Assembly (NCBI GenBank): GCA_030704615.1
Contig: CM060732.1
Span: 33,480,001-33,544,000, forward strand
Reading direction: 5' to 3'
From: Takakia lepidozioides
Lineage: Eukaryota; Plantae; Bryophyta
DNA length: 64,000 nt
Shown: in pieces, positions 61,578 to 64,000 of the stretch
Numbering within the stretch: position 1 is the first letter of the stretch
Layout: every line of letters begins with the position of its first letter
The notes under the pieces: generated by a model
What the model was told of the DNA's origin: nothing
Seen by the model: only the letters and a program-made list of their open reading frames with translations
Databases searched by the model: none
Translations under genes and position numbers: made by a program

Positions 61578-64000
61578 GAGGTTTGCTATTTCATGAGCAT
61601 GAGCGGCATGAGCGGCATGAGCAGAGTAGTAACACAATCGGTTTTCATGAGCAGAAGTACAAATTTCGAAAATAAAAAACAATAAAAAACAATAATTTAA
61701 TGCAATGTGTCAGGAAAAACAAATATATTATTCGGCCCCTTGAAGGGAAAATTGCAGTTTTGACAGTTGTACTCATGATATTTCGTCTTCCGCTCATGCC
61801 AATTCCCAGCAACATGTGCAAATATGGCGCCGAATTTCGCGGTAATAGGGTCCGTAACCTGAAAACACGGCGACGTATTTCACGGCAATAGGTCTCTCTG
61901 GCGAAAAATGGTGCCGAATTCCGCGGCTATAGGTCCCCTCATGACAGGTAATTCGGCGTCATTTTTCCAGTGCATGTTCGGACTTAGCCAGTTTTCGGCG
62001 CAAAATAGGGAAATTCGGCGTCATTTTTCCAGACACTATACCAGTGCATGTTGGGACTTAGCCAGTTTTCGGCCCAAAAAAGAGAAATTCGGCGCCATTT
62101 TTCCAGACACGGTACCAGTGCATGTTGGGACTTAGCCAGTTTTCGGCCCCAAAAAGAGAAATTCGGCGCCATTTTCCCAAACACAGGTACCAGTGCATGT
62201 TGGGACTTAGCCAGTTTTCGGCCCCAAAAAGAGAAATTCGGCGCCATTTTTCCAGAAATGGCCCCACAACTGCTTCTGTTGGATCTCAGTTTGAATGGAA
62301 TATTGCCTCATTCCAGGAGTTTTGGGGTGCATTTCATTACACTGCAAAAAAAAAGTCTGATACAGCAAAATGCATTTGAAAATATCCATATGGAGAATTC
62401 CGTTTGCCCCATCAATGATTTCTGGAATCCCTAAGGAGGAGTTTGTGCAGCTCGTTCACGCTCAACGCCGGTGCATGAATAAAGTCATCAATAGTCAAGT
62501 TCATCCTCAACCTCTTCAGGTAGATGTAATACAGATGCTTGCACGGATAATACTTCGAACCCTTCTTTGCTTCCATCAACGAGAAGTCCGTACAATTGCA
62601 AGTCGGCTCCACTCCAATCGTAATTGTGTATACATCGTCGCGTACAGCCGAGCCGGCCGTTGCCATCCGATACACACGCCCAAGGCCGGGTGGGGGTACG
62701 TCCACGGAGCTCTGAATAGTGCAAGCCATCCCAAGAGCATTGGCAATCCGAGTCTCATTCAACTTGTTGGGAGGGTGTCGTCTCTTCACTCTTCCGAATC
62801 GCATTGTGGGATGTGCAGAATTGTCCAATCCGTCTCTACTGGACCGAGCAGTCTGCAATGGCTGGGTCTGAGGAACCGGAAATGCGTGGGCCGAGATGTC
62901 TGTGCGTTGCACCATTCGAAATCCTGCTGCAGATAGAGCATCCGCCTCATTCTGAGAGAGGCTGCAACCCGGTGCAACAGGCCAGACGCCCGGAGGCTCC
63001 GGCATTCCCTGAATCCCGTACTTGGGCTTGCCAAATACACAGGTCATTATGTCGTGCCTACAGAACCAAAATGTCTGCGTTGTGGCGTGAGCAAATGTGG
63101 GAGTCAAAAATCTGCCGCTGAAACAAGGTGCAGGTACAGCACCGTGTAGGTTCCTCCGAATCATCTCACCACAGCGTGCTCTCGTATCCACCCGGATGGC
63201 GCAGCACTTCCATCGAAATGCCGGCAATGTCCTCGCAATTCTCCACAATGGGAATGTTGTACTGCTTTACTACAGATGGCTCGTTATGTTGCCGGGGCAC
63301 GCGCCCTGTGCTCAAAGGAGATGGCGATCTTGAAAGTGCAGGACTTGCGGTGCTCGACGAGACCTCCTCGGACAACATCACCGGACCACGAGGGAGCATG
63401 CGAATATTCTTGTCAGCTCGCCATGAATCCTCTTCTCCGCCAGGTGCCTCGTCAAGTCTTTGTCTCACTGGACGGGTATGAACATCTCCTTCCAAATGTT
63501 GGCCTCTTCGCAGCAATGGCGTGTCCCGAAGGCCCTCTCGCAAGGCCGCCGCCCACTTCCGAGGATTCTTCGATCTGGAGGCAGTCCGCATCAGCATTTC
63601 CTACCTGTCCGGCCCCAAGCCCCATTGTTTCCCTTTCAAGAACTCGTTGTACCTGCATTGCTACATAATTGACCTCACAATGTCCTCCGTTGTGGCAGTG
63701 AGGATGTCCACCAGATGCGCCACAGAGGAGGCACGCCAGGAAGAGTGCACTGATTCGGCCATGTTTGTCGTGGGCATGTCGGTGTCGGAGTCGAGACACA
63801 TTTCCTGCACAAGCACATGTTCAGGTTATAAGCAAGTTACAAATATGGCCAAGAATAATATTCAACGGGACGCGAATTCGTGCAACTCACCTCCCGCATA
63901 TAGTCGCCGAACTGGAGGAAACGATAATGCCACCATGCTAGCCAACTGACCATTGCTCCCTCGTCTGATTTCCTTACAGCACCTGACGATGTCCACCAAG
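61578..64000 (-). mobile_element. Second MULE-B copy (inverted; right terminus, subterminal array and transposase 3' end), running off the window
   Basis: Begins GAGGTTTGCTATTTCATGAGC and is highly similar to the reverse complement of about 38820-41183. The transposase ends at 62412. Confidence 0.96.

Overview
Plant nuclear, transposon-dense DNA: spliceosomal introns, a tRNA-iMet primer site and plant-type Ty3/gypsy and Mutator elements. The lineage cannot be fixed from this window, and no intact host gene is evident. The dominant structure is a three-level nest with all target-site duplications (TSDs) readable. A 35-kb long-TIR Mutator-like element (MULE-A, 7238-42345, TSD TTAGAAAAT) carries a Ulp1-type protease gene. 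Its transposase is split by a second, short-TIR Mutator-like element (MULE-B, 19642-41183, TSD TCGCATTGT), whose own transposase is split by a young chromovirus (31543-38497, TSD CAATC). The main discovery candidate is MULE-B. It encodes an intron-containing protein with an N-terminal ParB-like domain and a C-terminal bacterial-style beta-class amino (N4C/N6A) DNA methyltransferase fold. Its non-coding DNA holds dozens of copies of the CpG-rich palindrome GAAATTCGGCGCCGAATTTC, set in several different repeat units. A diverged, decayed paralog of the gene (42.7-47.0 kb) carries a related palindrome variant in its introns, which suggests a co-evolving protein/site system resembling parS or VANDAL/VANC. 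A second MULE-B copy starts at 61578. The rest is fragmented: gypsy elements (one with a PHD finger), a SET-domain pseudogene beside a CACTA-like fragment, a small 8-bp-TSD TIR element holding a tRNA-derived SINE-like piece, and a LINE-like remnant. All domain calls come from motif reading by eye, not from database searches.
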